DNA of 64,000 nt from Hyphomicrobiales bacterium. Lineage in GTDB: Bacteria > Pseudomonadota > Alphaproteobacteria > Reyranellales > Reyranellaceae. The first letter of the stretch is position 1; each line of letters begins with the position of its first letter. Below are positions 28,551 through 39,036 of the stretch, piece after piece. The position numbers and the translations under genes were made by a program. The DNA lies in contig JBEPUH010000024.1 of NCBI GenBank assembly GCA_041691635.1, positions 4,677 to 68,676 on the forward strand, given 5' to 3'. Under the pieces are notes generated by a model. The model ran no database searches. It was not told the origin of the DNA and saw only the letters and a program-made list of their open reading frames with translations.

Positions 28551-29381
28551 ATGGCCAAGGACGAAGTAATCGGAACCGATTGGTCGCGCACCGAACTCGA
28601 TGCGATCGTCGCCGACTACTTCGCAATGCTGGGCGAAGACCAATCCGACGCGCTTAACAAAACTGCGCATCGCCGCACCCTAATGATGAAAATCCCCAGA
28701 ACTCAGGGATCCATAGAGTTCAAGCACCGGAATATCTCTGCGGTGCTCACGCAACTCGGCTTACCGAGGATCGCCGGCTACCTACCCGCTTGGAACTTCC
28801 AAGGAGTCATTGCAGAAGCGATCGGCCGATACCTGAAGGACAATCCCGAACCCGTTCCACTCGCTTTGTCACTTTCGGCAGGGCTTTCGGAATCTGCGAT
28901 TCTATTCGAGGAATCGCCACCGATTGCGCCGCTGATAAATCCAAAGGCAAAAGCAGCCTTCGAGCGCGTTGCCCGCAAGTTTGATCCAGCTTTGAAAGAC
29001 CAACTCAATCGCGCTCTTGGCAAGGCTGGTGAGCAACACGTATTCGAGTCGGAGCAGCTACGCCTGAGGCAGATCGACAGGTCCGACCTCGCTCGAAAAG
29101 TGCGTTGGGTTTCTCAGGAAGATGGAGATGGCGCAGGCTACGACATCCGTTCCTACGATCCCGCGGGAAACGAACGACTCCTGGAAGTCAAAACAACCCG
29201 CGGCGGCGGCACCACGCCATTTTATCTCACGAGAAATGAAAATGAAGTTGCCCTCGAGAGACCCGACGCGTTTCGCCTGTACCGTGTGTACGACTTCTCC
29301 AAATCTCCGCGGCTATTGGCGCCGCCTCTTGAGGCGGTGTTGCAACTTGAACCCATGACATTTCGCGCTTCCCTGAAGTAG
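28551..29381 (+). CDS. DUF3883-type (PD-(D/E)xK nuclease-like) domain protein with uncharacterised N-terminal domain
   Basis: The C-terminal half GKAGEQHVFESEQLRL...VRWVSQEDGDGAGYDIRSYDPAGNERLLEVKTTRGGGTTPFYLTRNENEVA...FRLYRVYDF matches my recollection of DUF3883. GYDI...EVK forms a D...ExK nuclease-like triad. It is visibly AT-richer than the flanks. Confidence 0.7.
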   Translation: MAKDEVIGTDWSRTELDAIVADYFAMLGEDQSDALNKTAHRRTLMMKIPRTQGSIEFKHRNISAVLTQLGLPRIAGYLPAWNFQGVIAEAIGRYLKDNPEPVPLALSLSAGLSESAILFEESPPIAPLINPKAKAAFERVARKFDPALKDQLNRALGKAGEQHVFESEQLRLRQIDRSDLARKVRWVSQEDGDGAGYDIRSYDPAGNERLLEVKTTRGGGTTPFYLTRNENEVALERPDAFRLYRVYDFSKSPRLLAPPLEAVLQLEPMTFRASLK

Positions 29382-29391
29382 GCAATTCATC

Positions 29392-30004
29392 ATGTCCGAC
29401 ATCGTCACCAGCGTCGCCGACCTGGAGAAACTCTACGGCGAGCCCGCACCGGCCGCGATCGTCAAGGAAGCGTCGCGGATCACGCCGCACTATCGCGCCT
29501 ATATCGAGGCCGCGCCGTTCGTGGCCCTGGCGACCGCGGGGCCGGACGGTCTCGACTGCTCGCCGCGCGGTGACCGGCCGGGCTTCGTGCGCGTGCAGAC
29601 GACAGGACGCTGATGCTGCCCGACCGGCGCGGCAATAATCGCATCGACTCGCTGCGCAACATCGTGATCGACCCCAGGGTCGGGCTTCTGTTCCTGATCC
29701 CGGGCGTGGGCAATACGCTGCGCGTCAACGGCCGCGCGCAGCTCAGCGTGGCGCCGGCGCTACTCGAGTCCTTCGCCGTCGAGGACAAGGCGCCGCGCTG
29801 GTGATGGTGATGAAGGTCGAGACGATCTTCTTCCAGTGCGCCCGCGCGCTGATCCGCTCGGAGCTGTGGAATCCCGCCCATCACGTCGATCCCAAGGACC
29901 TGCCCAGCCCCGGCCAGATCCTGGCGGCGCTCAGCCAGGACAGAGTGGGCGGCAAGACCTACGACCACGAATGGGCCGGCCGCGCCGCCAAGACGATGTG
30001 GTGA
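29392..30004 (+). pseudogene. PPOX-class FMN-dependent flavoprotein (pyridoxamine 5'-phosphate oxidase family), disrupted by two -1 frameshifts
   Basis: Three consecutive ORFs (29392..29613, 29613..29804, 29801..30004) in frames 1, 0 and 2 join into one continuous PPOX-like sequence. The joined sequence reads ...CSPRGDRPGFVRVQ / LPDRRGNNRIDSLRNIVIDPRVGLLFLIPGVGNTLRVNGRA...DKAPR / VMVMKVETIFFQCARALIRSELW. The shifts lie near 29597-29600 and 29795-29800. Confidence 0.75.
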
Positions 30005-30039
30005 GGCCCGAGGCCGCGACTTTGGCCGCTCCCGTGGCC

Positions 30040-31425
30040 TCAGGCCGCGACCTTGTCTATCGAACGCGCCGCCAGCGCCTCGACGAAGTTCCGGGCATAG
30101 AGCGCGGCCGTCGTGCGGTAGACTTTTTCCTTGAGCGCCTGGTGCCGCTGCTGGCGTTCCGCGAGCGGCATAGTAAGCCCCTCGTGCATGGCGTCGGCGA
30201 TGGCGTCGGGATCGAACGGGTTCACGATCAGCGCCTCGGTCAGCTCCCATGCGGCACCGGCGAACTTCGACAGCACCAGCACGCCCGGATCCTCGTCGTT
30301 CTGGGCGGCGACATATTCCTTGGCCACGAGGTTCATGCCGTCGCGCAACGGCGTCACGAGCCCGATGCGCGCCAGGCGATAGAGGCCGGCCAGGGTGGCA
30401 CGCGGCGAGGCGCGCGTGGAATAGCGCAGCGGAGTCCAGTCGAACTCCGAGAAGCGACCGTTGATGCGTCCGGCCAGCCGGTCGAGCTCGGACCGGAGCT
30501 TGCGATACTCGTCGACTTCCTCGCGCGAGCGCGGGCAGATCTGCAGAAGATGGATCTTTCGCTGATGCTCGGGATAGCGCTCGAGCAGGTTGGCATAGGC
30601 TTCGAAGCGATTGGCGAGGCCTTTGGAATAGTCCATGCGGTCGACGCCGATCGCCAGCGAGCGGCCGGAGAGGCTGCCGGCCAGGCGCTGCACCTGCTTG
30701 TCGGTCCCCGCCCGTTCGGCGTCGCGGGAGAAGCCCTCGGCATCGATGCCGATCGGATCGACGAAGGCCCGCGTCAGGCGGCCATTCAGCTTGACCCACT
30801 CGCCGTCGACGGTCGCGCCCAGCATGCGCTCGGCGCAGTCGCGGAAGTCGCGCGCATGCTCTTCGGTCTGGAAGCCGACGAGGTCGTAGGCGCAGAGATC
30901 CGCGATCAGCTCGCGCCCGACCGGCACCGCCTCCATCATCGACGGCGGCACGAACGGCACGTGCAGGAAGAAGCCGATCGGTCCGGCAAAGCCGTTGGCG
31001 CGCAGCAACCGGCCGAACGGGATCAGATGATAGTCGTGCGCCCAAACCGTGTCGCCGGGATCGAGCACCTGGCCCAGCGATTCGGCGAAAGTGCGATTGA
31101 CTGCGAGGTAGCCCTCGTAATCCTGCCGGGTGAAATGCATGAGGCCGAGGCGGAAGTGCAGAAGCGGCCACAGCACGCCGTTGGCGAAACCGACATAAAA
31201 GGCGCGATAGGCATCGCTCGCCAGGTCGATGGTGGCGTAGGTGACGCCGCGGGCTTCGACCAGCGCCGGCTGCGTCGACGGCTCGGACGCGAGCCGCCCG
31301 CTCCAGCCGAACCACATCGAGCCCGGGGTCATGATATCGCGCAGCGCCACGGCGAGGCCGCCGGCCGTCGCGCCGCGTGACTTGGGAATCGGGACGCGAT
31401 TGGAGACGATTACGAGGCGTGCCAC
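30040..31425 (-). CDS. otsA: alpha,alpha-trehalose-phosphate synthase (UDP-forming)
   Basis: [12 protein letters not shown]...GGLAVAL...WFGWSG...[12 protein letters not shown]...HDYHL...GFFLHVPFP...[10 protein letters not shown]...[14 protein letters not shown] start at 31425 after GGGAGGAGGG. It overlaps the GH15 stop by 16 nt. Confidence 0.92.
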   Translation of the reverse strand: MARLVIVSNRVPIPKSRGATAGGLAVALRDIMTPGSMWFGWSGRLASEPSTQPALVEARGVTYATIDLASDAYRAFYVGFANGVLWPLLHFRLGLMHFTRQDYEGYLAVNRTFAESLGQVLDPGDTVWAHDYHLIPFGRLLRANGFAGPIGFFLHVPFVPPSMMEAVPVGRELIADLCAYDLVGFQTEEHARDFRDCAERMLGATVDGEWVKLNGRLTRAFVDPIGIDAEGFSRDAERAGTDKQVQRLAGSLSGRSLAIGVDRMDYSKGLANRFEAYANLLERYPEHQRKIHLLQICPRSREEVDEYRKLRSELDRLAGRINGRFSEFDWTPLRYSTRASPRATLAGLYRLARIGLVTPLRDGMNLVAKEYVAAQNDEDPGVLVLSKFAGAAWELTEALIVNPFDPDAIADAMHEGLTMPLAERQQRHQALKEKVYRTTAALYARNFVEALAARSIDKVAA

Positions 31426-33209
31426 AGGCCCTCCTCCCAGCTGCGTGACAGCCGCATGGCCGACAGGATCAAGCCGACCTGGCTGTAGGTCTGCGGGAAG
31501 TTGCCCCACAGTTCGCCGGTGGTCGGGTCGAAGTCCTCCGAGAGGAGGCCGACATGGTTGCGCCGGGCCAGCACGTTGTTGAACAGCTCGAGCGCCTCGT
31601 CGCGCCGGCCGACGCTGGCCAGCGCATCGATGTACCAGAAGGTGCAGAGCAGGAAGGCGTTCGATGGCTTGCCGAAATCGTCGGCCTCGACGTAGCGCAT
31701 GAGGAAGCCGTTGCGCATCAGCTTGCGGTCGACCATGTCGAGCGTGGCGTGGAAGCGCGGATCGTCGGAGCTCAGCAGCCCGATCTCCGGCAACACGAGG
31801 CTCGAGGCGTCGGCCATGTCGCGATCGAGCGTGCCGGACAACCAGCCTTCGCTCGTCGTTCCCCGTTTCAGGATTTCCTGGCGCAGCACGCCCGCCCGCG
31901 CCAGCCATTCGCGCGCCTCGCCATCGACGCCGACGCGGCGGGCGATCATGCCCAGCCTGTGCTGAGCCGCCCAGCACATCGCCGCCGAGAACGTGTGAAC
32001 TTCCTGGCGCTCACGATACTCCCAGAGTCCTGCATCGGGCGTCAACGCGGCCCTGTGGGCTTCGTGCCCGACGACACAAAGCTGGCGGTAAAGCTCCATG
32101 TCGCCCTGGCGCGGCAGGCGTTCGTCCCAGAACATTTGCGCCGCGGTCATCACCATCGAGCCATAGGTGTCGTTCTGCACCTGGCTCACCGCCGCGTTAC
32201 CGATGCGTACCGGGCCGTAGCCGCGATAGCCCGGCAGCGAATCGATCAGGCGCTCGGCGGTATCCATGCCGGGCGCGATGGGGAACAGCGGCGCGATCTT
32301 GTCAACCTCGCCGCGCGAGCTGCCGCCCTCGACGACGTCGACGATGAAGCGCACGAAGCCTTCCATCGTCTTGGTCGCCGACAGCCGGTTGAGCGCGGTC
32401 ACGGTGAAGAACGAATCGCGCAGCCACGAGAAGCGGTAGTCCCAGTTGCGCACCGTGCCGGCGGCTTCCGGCACCGAGGTGGTGAGCGCCGCCAGCACCG
32501 CCCCGGTGTCCTCGAAGCTGCACAGCTTCAAGGTGATCGCGGCGCGGATCACCGCAGCCTGCCAGTCGAACGGGATGTTGAGATCGCGCACCCACGTCTG
32601 CCAGTACCCCGTCGTCTCGGCGAGGAACGAGCGCGCCAGGGTGTCGGGATTCTCCGGCACGCTTTCGTCGGCGCCGACCAGCAGGGTGATCGAGCGGTCG
32701 AGCGAGAATTCCTGCTCGTGCAGGACGGCGCTGATCGAGGCGTCGGTCGTGAGCCGCAGCACCGCAGCCTCGCTGACGTAGCGGATGTGGTTGGAGCCGC
32801 TCGTGACCTGCGGCTGGGCGGCGCCGTAGTTGAACGTCGGGCGCAGGCGCAGCGTGACCCGCGGCCGGCCGGCGATCGGCTCGATCCGCCGCACCAGCAT
32901 GGGCGGCCGGAAGTTGCGGCCGAAGCGGCGGAAGCGCGGCGCGAAGTCGATGACACGCATCGTGCCGCCGGCGCCCTCGATCGTCGTCTCGAGGATCGCG
33001 GTGTTGGGCAGGTAACGCTGCTTGCCTTCCTTCGCGCCGGCCACGGCTGCTTCCATGAAGCCGCTCTTGGGCTCGTTGCCGCCCAAGAGCGCATTGAACA
33101 CCGGGTCGCCGTCGAGGCGTCCCAGCCCGTGCCAGACATGGCGGCCGTTGCGGTCGATCAGGCTGGCGATCGCGCAATTTCCGATGACGCCGAGGTCGAG
33201 GGTACTCAC
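31410..33209 (-). CDS. glycoside hydrolase family 15 protein (glucoamylase/trehalase-like)
   Basis: LDLGVIGNCAIASLID...NWDYRFSWLRDSFFT...GLWEYRE...AMCWAA...LLSEDFDP..GELWGNFPQTYSQVGLI. GTG start at 33209 overlaps the otsB stop (GTGA). Confidence 0.88.
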   Translation of the reverse strand: MSTLDLGVIGNCAIASLIDRNGRHVWHGLGRLDGDPVFNALLGGNEPKSGFMEAAVAGAKEGKQRYLPNTAILETTIEGAGGTMRVIDFAPRFRRFGRNFRPPMLVRRIEPIAGRPRVTLRLRPTFNYGAAQPQVTSGSNHIRYVSEAAVLRLTTDASISAVLHEQEFSLDRSITLLVGADESVPENPDTLARSFLAETTGYWQTWVRDLNIPFDWQAAVIRAAITLKLCSFEDTGAVLAALTTSVPEAAGTVRNWDYRFSWLRDSFFTVTALNRLSATKTMEGFVRFIVDVVEGGSSRGEVDKIAPLFPIAPGMDTAERLIDSLPGYRGYGPVRIGNAAVSQVQNDTYGSMVMTAAQMFWDERLPRQGDMELYRQLCVVGHEAHRAALTPDAGLWEYRERQEVHTFSAAMCWAAQHRLGMIARRVGVDGEAREWLARAGVLRQEILKRGTTSEGWLSGTLDRDMADASSLVLPEIGLLSSDDPRFHATLDMVDRKLMRNGFLMRYVEADDFGKPSNAFLLCTFWYIDALASVGRRDEALELFNNVLARRNHVGLLSEDFDPTTGELWGNFPQTYSQVGLILSAMRLSRSWEEGLWHAS

Positions 33210-33964
33210 GGTGACACTCCCGTTGGAAACGTGCTGGGCTTCTCCCGACCCTCGAGCCGCTCGCAGCCGCGCTTCAGCCAGGCGCGGACATGCGCGGGAT
33301 CGCCGCCGAAGACCTCGCCGACCCGCAGGCCGATGCCGCCCAGTTCCTTGGCCGCGCTGATGCCGGCTTCGTCGGTGAAGTCGTCGCCGACGTAGATCGG
33401 CTTGCGGCCCTGGAAGGCGGCCTGGCGCATCAGCCGCTCCACCGCCTGGCCCTTCGATGCCGAGCGCAGGCCGATCTCGACGGCCTCGCGCGCCGGCAGC
33501 AGGCGAAACCACGGATGATCTTCCGGCACGAGCGAGCGCACGAGGCGCCACACTTCGTTGCCACGTTCGGGCGCCAGCCGGTAGTGCAGGGTGACGCCGT
33601 GCGGCTTGGGTTCGATCAGCACGCCTTCCCAGCGCGCCGCCGCGGCGACCAACGCCTGGCGCCACGTCTCGGGCACGGCAAGACCCGCCGGCATTTCCTC
33701 CAGCGTGCCGTCGCCGTAGCGGATCGCCACGCCATGCTCGCCGGCGGCGCTGCCCATGAAGGGATGAAGAAGTTCGTCGATCTGGGCGAGCGGACGGCCG
33801 CTCACGATCGCCACGGCGCCATCGAGGTGGCGCTGGAGCTGGGCCAGCAGCGCCGGCAGGCCAGGCGCCACGACCACCGCCTCGGGCGTTGCCGCAATCT
33901 CGATCAGGGTGCCGTCGACATCCAGGAACAGAGCGAACGTCCGGTCGAAATCCGGCGGTGTCAT
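33206..33964 (-). CDS. otsB: trehalose-phosphatase
   Basis: HAD motif I FLDVDGTL, IVSGRP, the KG..V motif and GDDFTDE. Confidence 0.88.
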   Translation of the reverse strand: MTPPDFDRTFALFLDVDGTLIEIAATPEAVVVAPGLPALLAQLQRHLDGAVAIVSGRPLAQIDELLHPFMGSAAGEHGVAIRYGDGTLEEMPAGLAVPETWRQALVAAAARWEGVLIEPKPHGVTLHYRLAPERGNEVWRLVRSLVPEDHPWFRLLPAREAVEIGLRSASKGQAVERLMRQAAFQGRKPIYVGDDFTDEAGISAAKELGGIGLRVGEVFGGDPAHVRAWLKRGCERLEGREKPSTFPTGVSP

Positions 33965-34110
33965 CCTTGCTTAGCCCTCCGCCTGGTTCGCTGCCCGACA
34001 GGACGCACGAGCGCGTCCGCGCGGTTTCTTAACGCTTGGAGCGGTCCGTGGTTCCCATTGGGCTCGACAAACCGATGGAGGACCAGCATTGGGGGCCGAT
34101 TGGCACGCCG

Positions 34111-34353
34111 TTAGCGCAGGCAGCCCATTCGACGCCAGAACGGCTGGCCGGACTCGTATGCGGCGGCGGCCGGGGAAATCCCCAGCTCGCGCAGGCTGCG
34201 CGCGTCCATTTCCGCCAGTCGACGCCGCACCTCGCGGCGCTGGCGCCATACGGTGACCGCGAGGACGGCACGCTGGCCGAACGAGGGGCGCGGCGGCGCG
34301 GCGCTGGCGTAGAGGTTCTGCTCGATCGTGCGGTTGCTGGACTGGAAGCTCAT
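34111..34353 (-). CDS. DUF1127 domain-containing small protein
   Basis: RRRLAEMDARSLRELGISPAAAAYESGQPFW is the typical DUF1127 C-terminal signature. RBS AGGAGGG before the ATG at 34353. Confidence 0.75.
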   Translation of the reverse strand: MSFQSSNRTIEQNLYASAAPPRPSFGQRAVLAVTVWRQRREVRRRLAEMDARSLRELGISPAAAAYESGQPFWRRMGCLR

Positions 34354-34514
34354 GCGGCCCTCCTCTTGCTCGGTCGCAGGGCGAACATGGTCCCGCGGCA
34401 TCCGGCCCTCAATTACACGCGAGGTAATCAACCAAGAGAGGTTCTCATGCGGCCCGCCAGAAAATTTGGCGTGGGCCATGCTAAGCTGCCGGCCGATCAC
34501 GAGGGGACCCGACC

Positions 34515-35666
34515 ATGCTGCCGAGCCAACGCGCGCTTTTCGATATGCCGCGCGACGTCTGTTACATGAACGCCGCCGGCTGGGGCCCGATGCCGCTCGC
34601 TACCCAGGAGGCGGGCCGTGCCGCGATGAACCGCAAGGGCCAGCCGTGGAAACTGCCCAGCGACCTCGCCACCGTGCAGAACGAACGCGCACGCAGCGCC
34701 GCCGCCGCGCTGATCGGCGCCGATGCCGGAGACATCGCCCTCATTCCGTCGGTGGGCTACGGCGTGGCCAGCGCCGGCAAGATCCTCCCGATCCCGCGCG
34801 GCAGCCGCGTGATCGTGCTGGAGAACGACCACACCTCGCCGGTGCTCGAATGGATCGACCGCGCGCCCGCCGGCGGTTTTACCGTCGACACCGTGAAGCA
34901 GCTGGCGGACGGTGACTGGACCGCGGCGGTACTCGAGGCCGTCGACCGGCCGGGCGTCGCACCGCCGGCCCTGGTCTCGATCTCGTCGGTGCACTGGTCC
35001 GACGGCGGCGCGCTCGATCTTGCCCGCCTCGCGCCGGCGATCCGCAAGGCAGGTGCTGCGTTCCTGGTGGACGCGACGCACGATGTCGGCGTGCGCGCCA
35101 TCAACGTGAAGACGCTCGATCCCGACTTCCTGATCTTCCCGACCTACAAGTGGCTGCTCGGCCCCTACGGCCGCGCCTTCATGTACGTCGCCAAGCGCCG
35201 GCAGAACGGCGTGCCGCTCGAGCAGGCCTCGATCGGCCGCAAGGGTGTGTCGGCGGAGGATACGATCTATTTCCGCGACGTCTCGTATCGCGACGACGCG
35301 CGCCGTTACGACATGGGCGAACGCGATCACTTCGTGTCGATGGAGATGGCGTCGATCGGCATGGAGATGGTGAAGGGTTGGGGCAACGCGGCCGTGGTCG
35401 AGCGTCTGTCGATGCTGACGTCCCGGCTGGCCGACGGGCTCGCCAACCTCGACGTCCGCCTGCTCGACCAAAAGGTCCGCGCGCCGCACATTCTTTGCGT
35501 CGCCTTCGCCAAGGGCATGGCGCCGGACCTGCCCAAGAGGCTCGCCGCCGGCGGCGTCCATGCCGCGCCGCGCCTGGGCCGCCTGCGCATCAGCCCGCAC
35601 GTCTACAACGACGAGCAGGATGTCGATCGCTTCGTCGAGGTATTCCGCAAGGCCGCCTTCCAGTAA
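34515..35666 (+). CDS. aminotransferase class V-fold PLP-dependent enzyme
   Basis: YMNAAGWGPMP at the N-terminus, VDATHDVGV, and FPTYKWLLGPYG (PLP-lysine region). Confidence 0.8.
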   Translation: MLPSQRALFDMPRDVCYMNAAGWGPMPLATQEAGRAAMNRKGQPWKLPSDLATVQNERARSAAAALIGADAGDIALIPSVGYGVASAGKILPIPRGSRVIVLENDHTSPVLEWIDRAPAGGFTVDTVKQLADGDWTAAVLEAVDRPGVAPPALVSISSVHWSDGGALDLARLAPAIRKAGAAFLVDATHDVGVRAINVKTLDPDFLIFPTYKWLLGPYGRAFMYVAKRRQNGVPLEQASIGRKGVSAEDTIYFRDVSYRDDARRYDMGERDHFVSMEMASIGMEMVKGWGNAAVVERLSMLTSRLADGLANLDVRLLDQKVRAPHILCVAFAKGMAPDLPKRLAAGGVHAAPRLGRLRISPHVYNDEQDVDRFVEVFRKAAFQ

Positions 35667-35709
35667 AGTCCCGCCAACGCGGCCAATGAATAGACGAGGG
35701 GAAACCAGG

Positions 35710-36654
<945 letters not shown>

Positions 36655-36656
36655 TC

Positions 36657-37859
36657 ATGCAGGGTGTGGATTCGCGTTACGCCTGGACGCGCCTGGTCGC
36701 CAGCGTGGCGCTCAGTACCGTCGGCGCCGTCGGCATGTGGGGCGTCGTCGTGGCCTTTCCGGCGGTGCAGGCCGAGTTCGGCGCCACGCGCGCGGCCGTG
36801 TCGGTTTCCTACACCACGACCATGCTGGGCTTCGGGGTCGGCTCGATCGTCCTCGGCCGGCTGATCGATGCGCGCGGCGCCTTCTTCACCATGGCGCTGT
36901 CGACGCTGCTGCTGGCGGCGGGCTACGCCGCGGCGGCGCTGGCGCCCACGCTGTGGACGTTCGCTACGGCGCAGGGCGTGCTGATCGGCTTCGGCTCGGC
37001 CGCCTGCTTCATGCCGCTGGTCGCCGACACCTCGCACTGGTTCGTCAAGCGGCGCGCCCTGGCGATGGCGATCTGCGCCTCGGGCAACTACCTGGGCGGC
37101 GCCCTGTGGCCCAAGATCCTGGACGTGCTGATCCGCGGCTACGACTGGCGTACAGCCTATCTCGTGACCGCCGCGATCTGTTTGGCGGCGATGCTGCCGC
37201 TGTGCCTGGCGTTGCGCGCGCCCTCGCCGGCGCACGGCAGCGGCACCGGCGGCGTGGCGGCGCACTCGGCGCGCTCGCTCGGCCTGTCGCCGAACGCCCT
37301 GCAGATCTGGCTCGCCGTCGCTGGCGTCGGCTGTTGCGTGGCCATGTCGATGCCGCAAGTCCATATCGTGGCCTACTGCGTCGACCTAGGCTACGGCACC
37401 ACGCGCGGCGCCGAGATGCTGTCGATAATGACGGCCTTCGGCATCGTGAGCCGGGTCGCCTCGGGCTGGATCGCCGACCGGGTGGGCGGCATCAAGACCC
37501 TGCTGTTGGGCTCGACGCTGCAAGCGATCGCGCTGTTCGGCTACCTGGTGTCGGATACGCTGGTCTCGCTCTATCTCGTGTCGGCGCTGTTCGGCCTGTT
37601 CCAGGGCGGCATCGTGCCGAGCTACGGCATCATCGTGCGCGAATATTTCCCGCCCAAGGAAGCCGGTGCCCGCATGGGCATCGCCGTGTCGGCCACCATC
37701 GTCGGCATGGCGCTGGGCGGCTGGATGGGCGGCGAGCTGTTCGACATCACCGGTTCCTATCGCGCCGCCTTCATCAACGGCCTGCTGTGGAACGCGCTGA
37801 ACGGCGCGGTGGTATGGTTCCTGCTGTTCCGACAAAATCGCCGTCTCGTCTTTGCCTGA
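36657..37859 (+). CDS. MFS transporter (oxalate/formate antiporter-like)
   Basis: 12 predicted TM segments. Internal ATG at 36657, 3 nt after the upstream stop. Confidence 0.8.
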   Translation: MQGVDSRYAWTRLVASVALSTVGAVGMWGVVVAFPAVQAEFGATRAAVSVSYTTTMLGFGVGSIVLGRLIDARGAFFTMALSTLLLAAGYAAAALAPTLWTFATAQGVLIGFGSAACFMPLVADTSHWFVKRRALAMAICASGNYLGGALWPKILDVLIRGYDWRTAYLVTAAICLAAMLPLCLALRAPSPAHGSGTGGVAAHSARSLGLSPNALQIWLAVAGVGCCVAMSMPQVHIVAYCVDLGYGTTRGAEMLSIMTAFGIVSRVASGWIADRVGGIKTLLLGSTLQAIALFGYLVSDTLVSLYLVSALFGLFQGGIVPSYGIIVREYFPPKEAGARMGIAVSATIVGMALGGWMGGELFDITGSYRAAFINGLLWNALNGAVVWFLLFRQNRRLVFA

Positions 37860-37869
37860 GGGATAGTCC

Positions 37870-39030
37870 ATGCGCATCGTCGCCGTCCGCGACATCGTCT
37901 CGCCGATCCGTTCCAACATCGCCAACGCCTATATCGACTTCAGCCAGATGACCGCCTCGGTCGTGGCCGTCGTCACCGACGTCAAGGTCGATGGCAAGCC
38001 GGTGGTCGGCTACGGCTTCAACTCCAACGGCCGCTATGCCCAGCACGGGCTGCTGAACGAGCGCTTCATCAAGCGCGTGTCGGAAGCCAAACCCGACTCC
38101 CTGCTCGACGGCGAAGGGCTGCTCGATCCGGCCAGGTGCTGGAAGGCGATGATGGCCAACGAGAAGCCGGGCGGCCACGGCGAGCGCTCGGTCGCCGTCG
38201 GTGTGATCGACATGGCGATCTGGGATGCCGTCGCCAAGGCCAAGCGTGTGCCGCTGTGGAAGCTGCTGTCCGACCGCCACAACGGCGGCCAGTACGACGA
38301 CAAGGCCTGGGTCTATGCCGCCGGTGGCTACTACTATCCCGGCAAGGACCTCGCGGGCCTGCAGGACGAGATGAAGCACTACCTTGGCCTCGGCTACTCC
38401 TGCGTGAAGATGAAAGTGGGCGGTGTGCCGCTCGCCGAGGACCTGAAGCGCATCGAGGCGGTACTGAAGATCGTGGGCTCGGGCGAACGCCTGGCCGTCG
38501 ACGTCAACGGCAAGTTCGACCTCATCACCGCGATTGAATTCGGCAAGGCGATCCAAGGCTACGGCCTGCGCTGGTACGAGGAGCCGCTCGATCCGCTCGA
38601 TTATCTGGCGCACGCCGCGCTCGCCACCGAGTACGGCCAGCCGCTGGCGACCGGCGAGAATCTGTTCTCCATGCAGGACGCCCGCAACCTGATCCGCCAC
38701 GGCGGCCTGCGGCCCGACCGCGACATCCTGCAGTTCGATCCGGCACTCTCCTACGGCCTGGTCGAGTACCTGCGCACGATCGAGATGCTGAAGGCCAACG
38801 GCTGGTCGCCCCGGCGCTGCGTGCCGCACGGCGGCCACCAGTTCGCGCTCAACATCGCCGTCGGCCTGCAGTGCGGCGGCAACGAATCCTATCCGCAGGT
38901 CTTCGCGCCGTTCGGCGGCTTCGCCGACGACTGTCCCGTGGTCGACGGCCAGGTCGCCCTGCCCGACGCGCCCGGCATCGGCTTCGAGCGCAAGGCCGAC
39001 CTGTGGGCGGTGATGAAGGACGTGGCCTAA
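37870..39030 (+). CDS. enolase-superfamily dehydratase (mandelate racemase/muconate lactonizing family; D-tartrate dehydratase-like)
   Basis: The N-terminus MRIVAVRDIVSPIRSNIANAYIDFSQMTASVVAVVTDV...GYGFNSNGRY...EKPGGHGERSVAVGVIDMAIWD closely resembles my recollection of Bradyrhizobium D-tartrate dehydratase. The subfamily call is recollection only. Confidence 0.8.
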   Translation: MRIVAVRDIVSPIRSNIANAYIDFSQMTASVVAVVTDVKVDGKPVVGYGFNSNGRYAQHGLLNERFIKRVSEAKPDSLLDGEGLLDPARCWKAMMANEKPGGHGERSVAVGVIDMAIWDAVAKAKRVPLWKLLSDRHNGGQYDDKAWVYAAGGYYYPGKDLAGLQDEMKHYLGLGYSCVKMKVGGVPLAEDLKRIEAVLKIVGSGERLAVDVNGKFDLITAIEFGKAIQGYGLRWYEEPLDPLDYLAHAALATEYGQPLATGENLFSMQDARNLIRHGGLRPDRDILQFDPALSYGLVEYLRTIEMLKANGWSPRRCVPHGGHQFALNIAVGLQCGGNESYPQVFAPFGGFADDCPVVDGQVALPDAPGIGFERKADLWAVMKDVA

Positions 39031-39036
39031 AGACCC

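Noticed and set aside
28541-29391. Short direct repeat GCGCTT at both edges of the DUF3883 insertion, considered as a target-site duplication.
   Set aside because: A 6-nt match in GC-rich DNA is expected by chance. It is not used as evidence.
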